Shown here one piece after another: positions 28,054-38,324 of a DNA stretch of 40,211 nucleotides. The stretch is from Chrysochromulina tobinii (taxonomy: Eukaryota). The stretch lies in assembly GCA_001275005.1 (NCBI GenBank), contig JWZX01003268.1, positions 1 through 40,211 of the forward strand, given 5' to 3'. Position 1 is the first letter of the stretch. Each line of letters opens with the position of its first letter. The notes beneath the pieces are model-generated. The model made no database searches, was not told the origin of the DNA, and was given only the letters and a program-made list of their open reading frames with translations. Position numbers and translations under genes: made by a program.

Positions 28054-29532
28054 ATGCCGATGTTCTGTTCGAGCAGGAAGTCGGTCGATGTCGTGCCGTG
28101 CACTTCCGAAGACGGCGCGGTCGCGGTGAAGCGCGGCGGCTCCGCCACGCCACACGTTGCCGGTCGGCTCGAGTCCGCAGGGGATGGCAAGCAGGGTGCT
28201 AGTTCTGGTCGCGACGGCCTGCATTCGGCGCCGCTGCAGCGTCAGTCATCATCGGAAATGGTGGGCGTGGGTGACCGTGCGGGCGTTCACTCGGCCTCGC
28301 AGCAGCGCACGCCGCCCACCATGGGCAAGGGTGCGGCGACGGCCATGGGTGCGGCCTTCAAGGAGCCTATCGGCGAATTCACGATTGAGGCAGCGAGCGG
28401 TGCGCCAACGGCGGCGGACGTGGACGCGTACCTGGAGGATATTATGGGCCCGCGCATCGTCAAGGAGCTACGCGCGGACGGCTCGAAAGACTGGTCATCG
28501 CGAGTGAGCGGCCTCGAGGGCCTCACGAAGCTCTGCCAGAAGAAGGTCGCCGAGGGCATGGCGATGCCCACGGGCCGGAGCGACGTGGTGGACGCGGAGC
28601 GCGCAGCGCTCTTCCGCGGGTGCGTCACCGTGCTCTCGCGCGTCCTGCAGGATAAGGTTGTGCCCGTCTTCTTGCCCGCGCTCGCGCTGCTGGCTGAGGT
28701 GTACTCAGATGGGTTCCTCAAGCCCATTGCGAAAGGGCCGTTGCCGCGCGCGGCGGTGGCGCACTTTGCGCACCAGCTCGTATGGCGTGCAGGCTCTTCA
28801 AACGTGCGCGCGCGGGAGGAGTCCTCCTCCGCGCTGCTCAAGCTCGCGCGCTGCGAGGCCGTCGGCTGTGGGGCCATCTCGCCCTGGGTGCTCCGCCCTC
28901 TCTCGAACTCGAAAAGTGCGCACGCGGCTATCGGGCGACTCGAGTTGCTACGCATGATCCTGAGCGAGTTTGGGCTCGGGTCAGCAAACGGTCTCGAGCT
29001 GCGAGAGGTGCTCGCCTTCGTGCTGCCCTTGTGCGAGGCGGCCAGCCAGGGCGCGCGCGACGCGGCTGTAGGGATCGTGCTCGACGTGCGCTCGTCGGAC
29101 GAGAAGCGCGCCGAGGCGCTCATCGAGGCCCTCAGGCCGTCGGTGCTGCCGATGCTCAAGGCGCGGCTGGCGCCGCCGGACGCCAAGAGCCTCGCCTCGC
29201 TCTCAATCTCAGGCCGCCGGCTGCCACCCATTGGCGCGGGCGATACAGGCGACGAGGTGCTCGCCTTCAACGGCACACCGCCGGGCACAGAGGTAAAGGC
29301 CAAGGCGCGCTTGACCGCGGCGGAGCTCGGCGCGCGCGGGCCGCCGACGGCACGCAAGAAGACGATCAAGGCGGCGGCCAAGGCGGCGATCATTGACGAC
29401 GACGAGGACGGCCTCTTGCGGGAGGCCGAGATGATCGTGCGCAGCAACGGCAACGAGAGCAGCGGTCACTTGCGCTTCGACAAAGAGCCGACGGACGAGG
29501 AGTTGATGGCGGAGATCTTATCGGTCAAGTAA
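28054..29532 (+). CDS. TOG/HEAT-domain protein (CEP104-like TOG), probable ciliary or microtubule-associated protein
   Basis: HEAT signatures 'SKDWSSRVSGLE', 'LQDKVVPVF', 'GSSNVRARE', 'RLELLRMILSEFG', 'QGARDAAV'. Confidence 0.7.
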   Translation: MPMFCSSRKSVDVVPCTSEDGAVAVKRGGSATPHVAGRLESAGDGKQGASSGRDGLHSAPLQRQSSSEMVGVGDRAGVHSASQQRTPPTMGKGAATAMGAAFKEPIGEFTIEAASGAPTAADVDAYLEDIMGPRIVKELRADGSKDWSSRVSGLEGLTKLCQKKVAEGMAMPTGRSDVVDAERAALFRGCVTVLSRVLQDKVVPVFLPALALLAEVYSDGFLKPIAKGPLPRAAVAHFAHQLVWRAGSSNVRAREESSSALLKLARCEAVGCGAISPWVLRPLSNSKSAHAAIGRLELLRMILSEFGLGSANGLELREVLAFVLPLCEAASQGARDAAVGIVLDVRSSDEKRAEALIEALRPSVLPMLKARLAPPDAKSLASLSISGRRLPPIGAGDTGDEVLAFNGTPPGTEVKAKARLTAAELGARGPPTARKKTIKAAAKAAIIDDDEDGLLREAEMIVRSNGNESSGHLRFDKEPTDEELMAEILSVK

Positions 29533-30774
29533 GGAGACCCTGCGGAGATCAGGCGGAGATCAGGTGGAGATCCTGTCGGTCAACGTAAGGAAGCGATTCA
29601 GCACAGCAGTGGATCCAGCAGCGTGCGCGCGCGAGGTCGAGGGAGCCGCGCCGAGCCCAACAGCGCTCGCCGGCGAAGACGAGGGCGAGGGAGGCGGTCG
29701 AGGGAGGTGGCCTGCCGAGGAGAGATTGAACGTATGAGATGGCCGGAACGGGGCGTGGCGCACGATGAGCATGAGGAGGCAGGGACATGGCGCTCGATAT
29801 GGCGCTCGCTATGGAGATGTGGGAGAATGCCCTATGGCACGATATGCCATCTGGCACGATGGCGGCGGCAGCGTTTATACGTGCTGCTCCGCCCCTGATG
29901 TGAGTGACGACATGGAGATGACGACATGACCTGAGACCTATCTCGATACATCTACGAATCATCAACGAAGGCTCTCGGCCTACCAGCACCTTGCGTTTAT
30001 TTGTGTCACCGTGTGTGCGGAGAGTGAGACGAGACGCGTGATGCACTGGCATCGCCGCATCGCTCCACGCCTCGACTCGCTGCGCCGCCTTGTGGGGACG
30101 AGCGCGCGTCGAGCTTTGTACCTTTTTGTGAGTCCGTCAATCCGGAGATTTAAAATCATGATTTAACCGACTTGCGACGATTGCACGTTTTGAAAAGACA
30201 AGTGGAGTGACGATCAGCCGTATGCGTATCCGGCGAATCTCCGAGATTGAATCTGTGTCGCGTGCACCCCGGCGCCGCGGGCCCGCGCCCCGCGGGCCGA
30301 TAAGGCATAAGCGCGTCCGACAACGTCCGACGCGATGCGACGCCGGAAGCCCTGAACGGCGTGGTGTGTTGTCGGAATGAACGTGTAGCACCGATGATAC
30401 CATGGATGATACGATACATGTATGATGATACAAATCCGTCACTCTCTCGCCGTGTGGCGCGGTCTCTAGCCGCTTCTATTCATCAATAGCCTCCTGTTCG
30501 TTCGAGGCTGCGAACCACATCTCCACTCTGTGAAAGAAAGTTGGGGTGTGCGGAGTTTACCATGCGGTGTGTGGCGTGCGTGCTCCGAGCTCCCCGGCGT
30601 GCACTGATCCGTGCACTCTTCCAGTCAGTCAAGCTCAAGCACCTCCTTCTTCACTTCGCGAGTACGACGAACGCCTCCCGCCCGTCGACAAACCCCCACG
30701 GAGCCACAAGGTGCGCACATACGCCCGCCGCCGCCGCACCGTAGAAACTCTCGGCACCTCATCACCCTGTCAAG

Positions 30775-31752
30775 ATGGTGGACAGGAGCGCAGACAATGT
30801 GGATTGTAATGTGCCCGTGGCCACACGTTCCTTTCGAGAAAAGCACCAGGCAGTGTACGCCTCCGAGCGCGACTGTGCGCGCTACGAAGCGGATCTTTGC
30901 CAGAGGCAGGATCACCACAATACCATTGTGGATGCGATCAGGGAGCTCGTGCCGCTTTGCTCACGCAGCACTTCGGTCGCCGACGTGGGTGCAGGCACTG
31001 GAAAGCTCGCGAAGCGGCTAGCGCCGTACGTGGCGAGCGTCGTGGTCTGCGATCGCTCTACAGAGGCGCTTGCAGTGGCGCGCTCGACCATGGGCGATGC
31101 AAGTTGCTCGGTCAGCTTTCACCAGGCTGACCTGCGGGCCCTGCCGATGGCTGATGGTAGCGTTGATGTCGTGGTCGCCGGCTGGGCAATCTCGTACCTC
31201 AAGTCCGAGTACGAGGAGTGGTACGCAGATGGCTCGTCCGGCGGTCCGTGGCGACGCGAGGTGGATACAGCGCTATCGGAGATGGATCGCGTCCTTGCTC
31301 CGGGCGGACTGCTAGCCGTGCTCGAGACGTTGGGCACTGCGACCGACACGCCGCAGCGCAGCGGCAGCTGGCTGTACGCTCACCTTCGCGAAGCGGGCTT
31401 AGCGCAGCGTGTGCTGCGCACTGACTACCGCTTCCCCGACCGACCGACCGCCATGAGCACGCTTCTCTTCTTCTTCGGAAAGGGCGTCGTAAGACGAGCG
31501 GAGGCGCTGCTGTCCGTCGGCGAGACCGCCGATGCGCCCTGCATCGTGCCCGAGTGCACGGGCCTGTGGTGGCGCCGGAAGCCAGGAGAAGCCGCTGGTC
31601 CACGAGCTCCTGTGCCTCCTGCAGAGGCTGAGCCGCTGGCAGCGGAGCCATCGGAGCCCGCACGAGAGCCTGCATCCGCGAGCAAGCGGCCGCGCGACGA
31701 AGATGCGGAGGGCAGCTTGAACTTGTGCTGCAAGGCAACGTCAGGTTCGTAG
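30775..31752 (+). CDS. Class I SAM-dependent methyltransferase (Methyltransf_11/25-like, bacterial-type)
   Basis: 'VADVGAGTGKL', 'ADLRALPMADGSVDVVVAGW', 'EMDRVLAPGG...LETLGT', 'RTDYRF', 'PECTGLWW'. May have upstream exons. Confidence 0.85.
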   Translation: MVDRSADNVDCNVPVATRSFREKHQAVYASERDCARYEADLCQRQDHHNTIVDAIRELVPLCSRSTSVADVGAGTGKLAKRLAPYVASVVVCDRSTEALAVARSTMGDASCSVSFHQADLRALPMADGSVDVVVAGWAISYLKSEYEEWYADGSSGGPWRREVDTALSEMDRVLAPGGLLAVLETLGTATDTPQRSGSWLYAHLREAGLAQRVLRTDYRFPDRPTAMSTLLFFFGKGVVRRAEALLSVGETADAPCIVPECTGLWWRRKPGEAAGPRAPVPPAEAEPLAAEPSEPAREPASASKRPRDEDAEGSLNLCCKATSGS

Positions 31753-32139
31753 CCGAGAATTGTTTCCGTCCTGACAATATAGCATCGAAGCTTCGCAGCT
31801 TCGCAATTTTTCCTTAATAAGCTTTGCCATTATGTCCTTATTCGATTAGGAACCACGAAGCAGAGATCTTTCGGAGACCGCTTTCTTCGGGCTTTTTTGC
31901 TCAGCGACTCAATCCCTGAGGTCCGTGGTGCTGAATTCCTTCCCCGTAGACCGGCCGTGCGCCGGCAGGACAATCGGTGCGCGCACGACATTATGATTGC
32001 GCATGCTGGCACACGCGATGAGCATCGTTGGTGCGATGCAACTAACTCGACGCTTAGACTGCTAGCCAACCCTCATCCCGTCCAAATCATGACCTCCAAT
32101 GGAGTCATGGCATTCAGGCTGCGGCTGTGCATCCATAGA

Positions 32140-32177
32140 GCACGATCGCGCACGATCGCGCACGATCGCGCACGATC
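32140..32177. repeat. 10-bp tandem repeat (gcacgatcgc) x about 3.8 upstream of the RRM gene
   Basis: cacgatcgcg at 32141, 32151 and 32161, then cacgatc at 32171. Confidence 0.9.
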
Positions 32178-32281
32178 ATGCCAGAGCTTGCGCGTGCGGC
32201 CTTTTTGGCCTCGTACAGAGCGCAACCCAATCAATTCATCAGGCGCTGACGTGCACTTTTCATGTGTGCGCAGACTGACGA

Positions 32282-33519
32282 ATGGCAGCAGCGGCAGGGG
32301 ATGCATCAGTCGGAGTAGAGCCCAACGCCGAAAACAAACTCTTCATCGGCGGTATGCACCGCTTCGAGCTGATCGCTTCGCTACGCCTGCTGCTGCTGCT
32401 GCTGCATGCGTGCTATCCCTGAGTGATGGGCTCAGCGTGTGATCCTTAGTATCCCCCGATCTCGATCTTGCAGGTTGTCCACCCAGCAGCAGTGAGGATG
32501 ACCTGCGCAAGCTCTTTGAGGAGCACGGCAAGGTCGAGGAGGTCTTTATCATGCGAGGCGGCAGCCGAAGCGGGATGGCATGCGCGTTCGTACGCTACAC
32601 CACGCGGGAGATGGCGCAGGCTACTATCGAAGGCATCCACGGACAGCACAGGCTGCCAGATGCCACTGAGCCCTTGGTCGTGCGATGGGCAGACGCGCCG
32701 GGTAGTCGCAAGCGCGACGCGCGTGAGGCCAGCAAGCGACGTGGTGGCGGCGCCGGCGTCGGCGCCGGCGGCAGAGGACGCGGCGCCGGCGGCTCTGTCG
32801 GAGGCTCACAAATGGGGAATTTCTACTGTGGAATGAACTACGCAGCTTTGAACTTGGCTATGCAGCAGATGATGATGCAGCAGCAGCAGCAGCAGGGCGG
32901 CATGGGCAGCGCCATGGGCGCGATGCCCGGCTCCATGCCCTTCTTTCAGCCGCAGCAGTCGGCCTTGCCACCAGCCGGCAACTTCTCCGGGGGAATGATG
33001 CCACCGCAGATGATGGGATGTACGTGCCGCACGCTCGTGCCCGCCCCCAATCCCCAAACGCCATCTGTTGCACTGCTGCCTCTGCGATGGCTGACGACAC
33101 CCGTGCCACCCGTCGTTTTGTGTGCGGGCAGTTGTGCCCCAGATGATCGCCATGATGCCGCAAGGCATGCAAGTGCAAGGGGGTCAGGGCTTGCTGAATG
33201 GCCACTGGATGGGATCAGGGCCGCCCTCGCCTTCGCATCTACAGCAGCAGGTACGTCGTCTCGTCTCCCGCCTCGCCCTCACGCCGCCTTGCGCCCCTGA
33301 GCCGCCTCCCCGCACCCGTGCTCTCGTGTGCCGCCTCATCTCCCTATGCCACGCACGTGACTTCCTTATTGGCCCATCACTTGCCCACAGATGTTTTTTC
33401 CTCAGATGGTCAGCATGCCGCAGTGGAGTGAGGGTATGGGCAACGGGTCCATGCCGCCGTCGGGAGGAAACGGCATGAGACCATCTGGTGCGGGTCCGCC
33501 AGATAGCCTCTCGATGTAA
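32282..33519 (+). CDS. CELF/Bruno/FCA-like RRM protein with Q/M/G-rich tail; exons 32282-32351, 32474-33019, 33132-33250, 33391-33519
   Basis: Splicing at GT-AG sites (gtatgc..ttgcag; gtacgt..gggcag; gtacgt..ccacag) gives NKLFIGGCPP...EEVFIMR...ACAFVRY...PLVVRWAD in one frame to TAA 33517-33519. Confidence 0.85.
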
Positions 33520-34384
33520 TGCGCATCGATGGATTAGATTTGCATGCACATGACTGCAGGCTGCAAGGAAGGGCGGTGGAAATCGAGGTTGCGCAACGCC
33601 GTGCCGGGCGTTCAGACCTCGCGAGGTGGCTAGATGAAGGATCCACAGCCTGAGGAGGGACGGGCGAATGGTGGATGCTGATTGAACACGACACGGGCCG
33701 ATACGTCACCGCCAGTCGTCAAGAAGCGAAGAAGAACCGATCGGATCAAAATCCTCTTTAAGAAATCATGATTAGACTCGGGAAGGAATCATGATTAGTA
33801 CGGGGCAGTACGGATAAGAAACGGATAAGTGCGCGCGAGCAGCGGTGCAGCCGAGGCCGAGCCCGGCGGTACTCGCGGGTACACGCCTCGTGTTCACACG
33901 CCCCGCGCCCCGCGGGCGTTCCGGCATTCGGGTGAGCGGTCTCATAAATAAATGCGAGTTTTGCAAACGTGTATGTAGACCGTCGTCTACGCTAGGTAAT
34001 ACGAATGACAAAATGTGTACATCCCGGAGCGCGCGGGACAAGAACGGGCAGTGACGACGCTCCATTTTCCAGACGTGCGGCATGTTCGCGGGATCGCGCC
34101 AACACGACAAAGCCAGAGTCGATTCAATCACTCCTGAGTCCCGTCCAGCACGCGGCAGCCGGCACCGCGCTCCGTCGAGCTTCAGTTGGGGTGCGCGCGT
34201 CAATGGCGCCTGGTGTTCCGCGGCTCCGATCCCAGCGACTTGGCCCAGCGGCGCGGGGAACGGCCGGCAAGCACCAAGGCTGCAGCGTGAGCGTCGCAAA
34301 CAACAAAACAATTCAACCGTGGGCCGCGAAGTGGTCGTTGGGTCGCAGCCCTCAAGATCTCAGGCAGCCACCACCCTATCCTAG

Positions 34385-35329
34385 CTACGACGGGAAGGCT
34401 CCACGCCCCGCATACCCGTTGTCCGTAAGCCATGTACGTAGGCTCTCTCGCAAGCCCCGGTCAGCTCGCCACCGCGCCTCTAGAGCCTCTAGATCGTCGA
34501 CCGTGTCGACGCCGCGCGACACGTGATCGACCTCACCTACCACGATGCGCATCCCGTCCTCGAGTGCGCGCATCTGCTCGAGCTGCTCGAGGCGCTCCAG
34601 ATGCGAAGGCGGCAGTGCAACGAAGCGTAGCAGAGCGGCCGACCGGAAGGCATACAAGCCCACATGCAACCGGCAGGCGTGCGACAACGGCAAATCCATG
34701 GCGGCCACGGCGGCGTCGCCGTCTGCGCGGTGGCTGCTGCCCATGTGCGACTGCATCAGCGCTCGCAGCGTCTCACGGTCCACACCGATTGGAGCGCGAC
34801 TGAAGAAGAGCGCGTTTGCGCCGTTCCGCGTGCGCGGACCGGGCTCGTGTGCGGGTCCGCTTGCGATGGAGCTGCACACCACTTTAACCTTGCTAGGGTC
34901 GAGCAAGGCGGAGAGCGGCAACGGGGCGCTGAGCGTCGCAATGTCGGCCTGAGGCTGCTCGAGCAGCAGCCGCACCGCAAGGTCGATAGATTCCGGCTCG
35001 ATTAGAGGCTCGTCGCCCTGCACATTGACGACGATGTCGGCAGACGTCTGCGTGAGGCGCATGGCCGCTGCGACGCGATCCGTGCCCGTCTGAATGGCTT
35101 TGTCCGTCATGACCGTCTCTGCGCCCGCACGAGCGGCAGCCACGGCAATCTCCTCATGGTCCGTGGCGACGAGCACGCGGCTCACCGACCGCGCCCCGAG
35201 CGCCGCGCGCACCACGTGAGCGATCATGGGCGCACCACCGAGCATGCGCAGCAACGGCTTGCCGGGTAGGCGCGACGAGCCGAAGCGCGACGGGATCACA
35301 ACCACCGCATTGGCCGACGTGGTCGGCAT
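34385..35329 (-). CDS. kdsB: 3-deoxy-manno-octulosonate cytidylyltransferase (CMP-Kdo synthetase)
   Basis: 'VIPSRFGSSRLPGKPL', 'VATD', 'TGTDR', 'VNVQGDEP', 'VKVV', 'ALFFSRAPI', 'HVGLYAF', 'LERLEQLEQMRALE', 'GVDT..DL'. Confidence 0.93.
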   Translation of the reverse strand: MPTTSANAVVVIPSRFGSSRLPGKPLLRMLGGAPMIAHVVRAALGARSVSRVLVATDHEEIAVAAARAGAETVMTDKAIQTGTDRVAAAMRLTQTSADIVVNVQGDEPLIEPESIDLAVRLLLEQPQADIATLSAPLPLSALLDPSKVKVVCSSIASGPAHEPGPRTRNGANALFFSRAPIGVDRETLRALMQSHMGSSHRADGDAAVAAMDLPLSHACRLHVGLYAFRSAALLRFVALPPSHLERLEQLEQMRALEDGMRIVVGEVDHVSRGVDTVDDLEALEARWRADRGLRESLRTWLTDNGYAGRGAFPS

Positions 35330-35568
35330 TACAGGGGCCCCTTCCGATACACAGCGACTTCGGTCACACAGCACAGTCCACATGTACAGTCACGTCACCA
35401 GCCAAGTAACTCGGGCATGCGGTACATGTACATTTAGCGAAGAAACTCAAAACCAAGTCCATTTCACAGCAATAGGACAGCCTCTTCTTCCTAACGGTGC
35501 GGGCCGACTCTATCGTGTCGCTGTCTGGCGCCGCTCGTGCCGCTCGTGCCGCTACTCCTGTTGTGGTC

Positions 35569-37854
35569 ATGGACGAATTGAGAGCTGCTGCGAAGGCCGT
35601 CGCCGCGGTCAACGACATGCGCGATCCGGTGTACGGCGGCAAGAAGGAGGAGAGCGTGCGTGTGTGTGTGCGCTGCCGCCCGCTGAACAGCAAGGAACGG
35701 GGCGATGGGCGCGAGCGCATCGTCCATGTGGATCCCAAGAACGGCACCTGCGTAGTGTCGCCAATCGGCAGCAACGAGCCGCCAAAGACGTTCACGTTCG
35801 ATCAGGTGTACGACGAGAGCGTGACTCAGGAGTACATTTACATGAATACGGCATCGCGCATCGTCGAATCCGTCATCGATGGCTTCAACGGCACCATCTT
35901 CGCCTACGGCCAAACCGGCACCGGCAAGACCTTCACGATGGAGGGCGTCAACGATCCGCCCGAGCTGCGAGGCATCATCCCGCGTGCCTTCCAGCAGATC
36001 TTCGATCTCATCGCGGCGCGTGGCGGCCAGAATACCGAGTTCCTCGTGCGCGCCTCCTACCTCGAGATCTACAACGAGGAGATCCGCGATCTGCTCTCGA
36101 AGAACACGGCCAACAAGCTCGAGCTGAAGGAGAACCCGGACGCGGGTGTGTACGTGCGTGACCTCACGTCGTACGTGGTCAAGTCGACTCGCGAGTGCGA
36201 CAAGCTTCGTGACTTCGGCGCCAAGAATCGGCACGTGGGCGCAACGGCCATGAACCAGGACTCGTCCCGCTCGCACTCGATCTACACGATCACCGTCGAG
36301 TCGTGCGAGACGCGCGAGGACGGCACGTCCGCCATCCGCATGGGCAAGCTCAACCTCGTCGACCTGGCGGGCTCCGAGCGCCAGTCGAAGACGCAGGCGA
36401 GCGGCGACCGACTCAAGGAGGCGACCAAGATCAACTTGTCGCTCTCGGCGCTCGGCAACTGCATCTCGGCCCTCGTCGACGGCAAGAGCTCGCACATCCC
36501 GTACCGCGACTCGAGGCTGACGCGCCTGCTGCAAGACTCGCTTGGCGGGAACACGAAGACCGTGATGGTGGCCAATCTCGGGCCGGCGGATTGGAATTTT
36601 GACGAAACGATGTCGACGCTGCGGTATGCCAACCGCGCCAAGGACATCAAGAACAAGCCCAAGATCAACGAGGACCCGAAGGACGCGATGCTTCGCGAGT
36701 TTCAGGAGGAAATTGCGCGGCTCAAGGCGGCGCTGGCAGACGCAGGCGGCGCGCCGATGGAGGAGTACATTGACGAATCCGGCCAGAAGCAGCTGCGCCC
36801 GGTGGTGGATAAGATCATCGAGAACGTGGTCGAGGTGGAGAAGGAGGTGGAGAAGATCGTCGAGATCGAGAAGGTGATCGAGGTCGAAAGGGAGGTCGAG
36901 GTCGTGAGGGAGATCGAGGTCGAGCGGTTCGTCGAGGTCGAGAAGGAGGTCGAGCGTATCGTCACAGTCGAGGTGGACCGCGAGGTGGAAGTGATCAAGG
37001 AGGTCGAGGTCGAGGTGGGCGTGGCGCATGAGGAGGTAGAGCGCATCAAACAGGAGCTCCTCACCGCGCACGAGTCGGACCGCGCAGCGCTCCGGGAGGA
37101 GATGAGGCGTAAGGAGGAGCAGCGCGACGCGCTCACGCAGCAGCTGGCGGACATGAAGACCCAGATTCGCAAGGACCGCGACACGCAGATCAAGCTGGCT
37201 CATCGGCTCAAGCAACTCGAGGCGAAGCTGCTCGTGGGCGGCCAGTCGCTGCTCGACCGCGACGATCAGCTGCGCCAGGAGCAGCTGCGCCTCGACGAGG
37301 AGATCGAGGCGAAGCGGCGAGAGGAGGAGGAGCTGCAGAAGAAGCTCGAGCTGGAGGAGGAGGTGAGCCTCGGCCAGGAGCGCCAATACAAGTCGCTCCA
37401 GGAGGAGGTCGAGGACAAAACGGCGAAGCTCAAAAAGCTCTTCGCCAAGTTCAAGCAGGCACAGGCGGAGATCCTCGAGTTGCAGCAGGAGTACAATCGT
37501 GAGAAGGAGGACATCCTCGACACGATCCGCAAGCTCTCGAAGCAGCAGGCGCTCAAGCAGCTCATCATGACGAGCTACATTCCGCTCGATCAGCTCTCGA
37601 AGATTGAGCGCTGCTCCGAATGGGACGAGGCGAATGAGGGCTGGCGCATCTCGCGCCTGCAGTACGCGGGCAACAAGATGCGTGCGAAACGCGATGCCAA
37701 GGGCAGTGCCGAGGCGGCGGCGCCCGACGCCTCACCCATGCGCGCGCGAAGCCTGGGTACCGCCAACAAGGGCGAGGCGCCGCCCGTGCCTGACGTGGCC
37801 AAGGCGATGGCCGCCGTGTACTTTTCTTACGAGGCTGAACCAGCCGTCGCCTAG
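35569..37854 (+). CDS. Kinesin-2 (KIF3/FLA10/FLA8-type) intraflagellar-transport motor subunit
   Basis: Motor motifs 'YGQTGTGKT', 'NQDSSRSH', 'DLAGSER', 'HIPYRDS'; kinesin-2 neck '[26 protein letters not shown]'; tail 'KTAKLKKL...IP...W'. Confidence 0.95.
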   Translation: MDELRAAAKAVAAVNDMRDPVYGGKKEESVRVCVRCRPLNSKERGDGRERIVHVDPKNGTCVVSPIGSNEPPKTFTFDQVYDESVTQEYIYMNTASRIVESVIDGFNGTIFAYGQTGTGKTFTMEGVNDPPELRGIIPRAFQQIFDLIAARGGQNTEFLVRASYLEIYNEEIRDLLSKNTANKLELKENPDAGVYVRDLTSYVVKSTRECDKLRDFGAKNRHVGATAMNQDSSRSHSIYTITVESCETREDGTSAIRMGKLNLVDLAGSERQSKTQASGDRLKEATKINLSLSALGNCISALVDGKSSHIPYRDSRLTRLLQDSLGGNTKTVMVANLGPADWNFDETMSTLRYANRAKDIKNKPKINEDPKDAMLREFQEEIARLKAALADAGGAPMEEYIDESGQKQLRPVVDKIIENVVEVEKEVEKIVEIEKVIEVEREVEVVREIEVERFVEVEKEVERIVTVEVDREVEVIKEVEVEVGVAHEEVERIKQELLTAHESDRAALREEMRRKEEQRDALTQQLADMKTQIRKDRDTQIKLAHRLKQLEAKLLVGGQSLLDRDDQLRQEQLRLDEEIEAKRREEEELQKKLELEEEVSLGQERQYKSLQEEVEDKTAKLKKLFAKFKQAQAEILELQQEYNREKEDILDTIRKLSKQQALKQLIMTSYIPLDQLSKIERCSEWDEANEGWRISRLQYAGNKMRAKRDAKGSAEAAAPDASPMRARSLGTANKGEAPPVPDVAKAMAAVYFSYEAEPAVA

Positions 37855-38324
37855 CCACCGGTATACCGGCCCCGGAACCGGTCCGGTGCCAGTGCTGGGT
37901 AGGGCCGCACCGTCGCCAATCGGCGCCACTCCCCCGCCGGCCGATTCACAGCCTCTCCCCCGCCGGCCCGGTCTCTGCGGACTCCCGACCCCCTCGCTCC
38001 CGTCCCCGTCCGGACTTCGGTGTGCTGGGTGGACGGACCCGGGAGCGCTGGGAAGGCCGGCGCGGCGGCGTGCCGTATTCCCGTATAGTCTATAGAGTAA
38101 CGAGACTACAGGCAATTTTAAAGGATGGAGTGAATCTGTTAGAGCAGCAGACCAAAACTGGTCGCGATTTTGTAATTTTGACGGCACGCCGGCCGCAGAT
38201 ACTGTTGAAGAGAGATGATCGCTATCCGACACCACCACCGCGCTACGTACGAGCTTGTCCCTGTAACAAGCTGGCGGCGAGCCCCCGCTCTGTGCGAGTG
38301 CGCCGGCCGCCCGGTAAGGCGCGC

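Noticed and set aside
29549..30442. Short ORFs in the gap between the TOG and methyltransferase genes
   Set aside because: No motifs or coding-like codon bias; looks like 3' UTR and intergenic DNA with short repeats (ggagatcagg, tggcgctcg).
33772..34384. ORFs between the RRM gene and kdsB
   Set aside because: No recognisable domain and mostly non-ATG starts; cannot be supported as genes.
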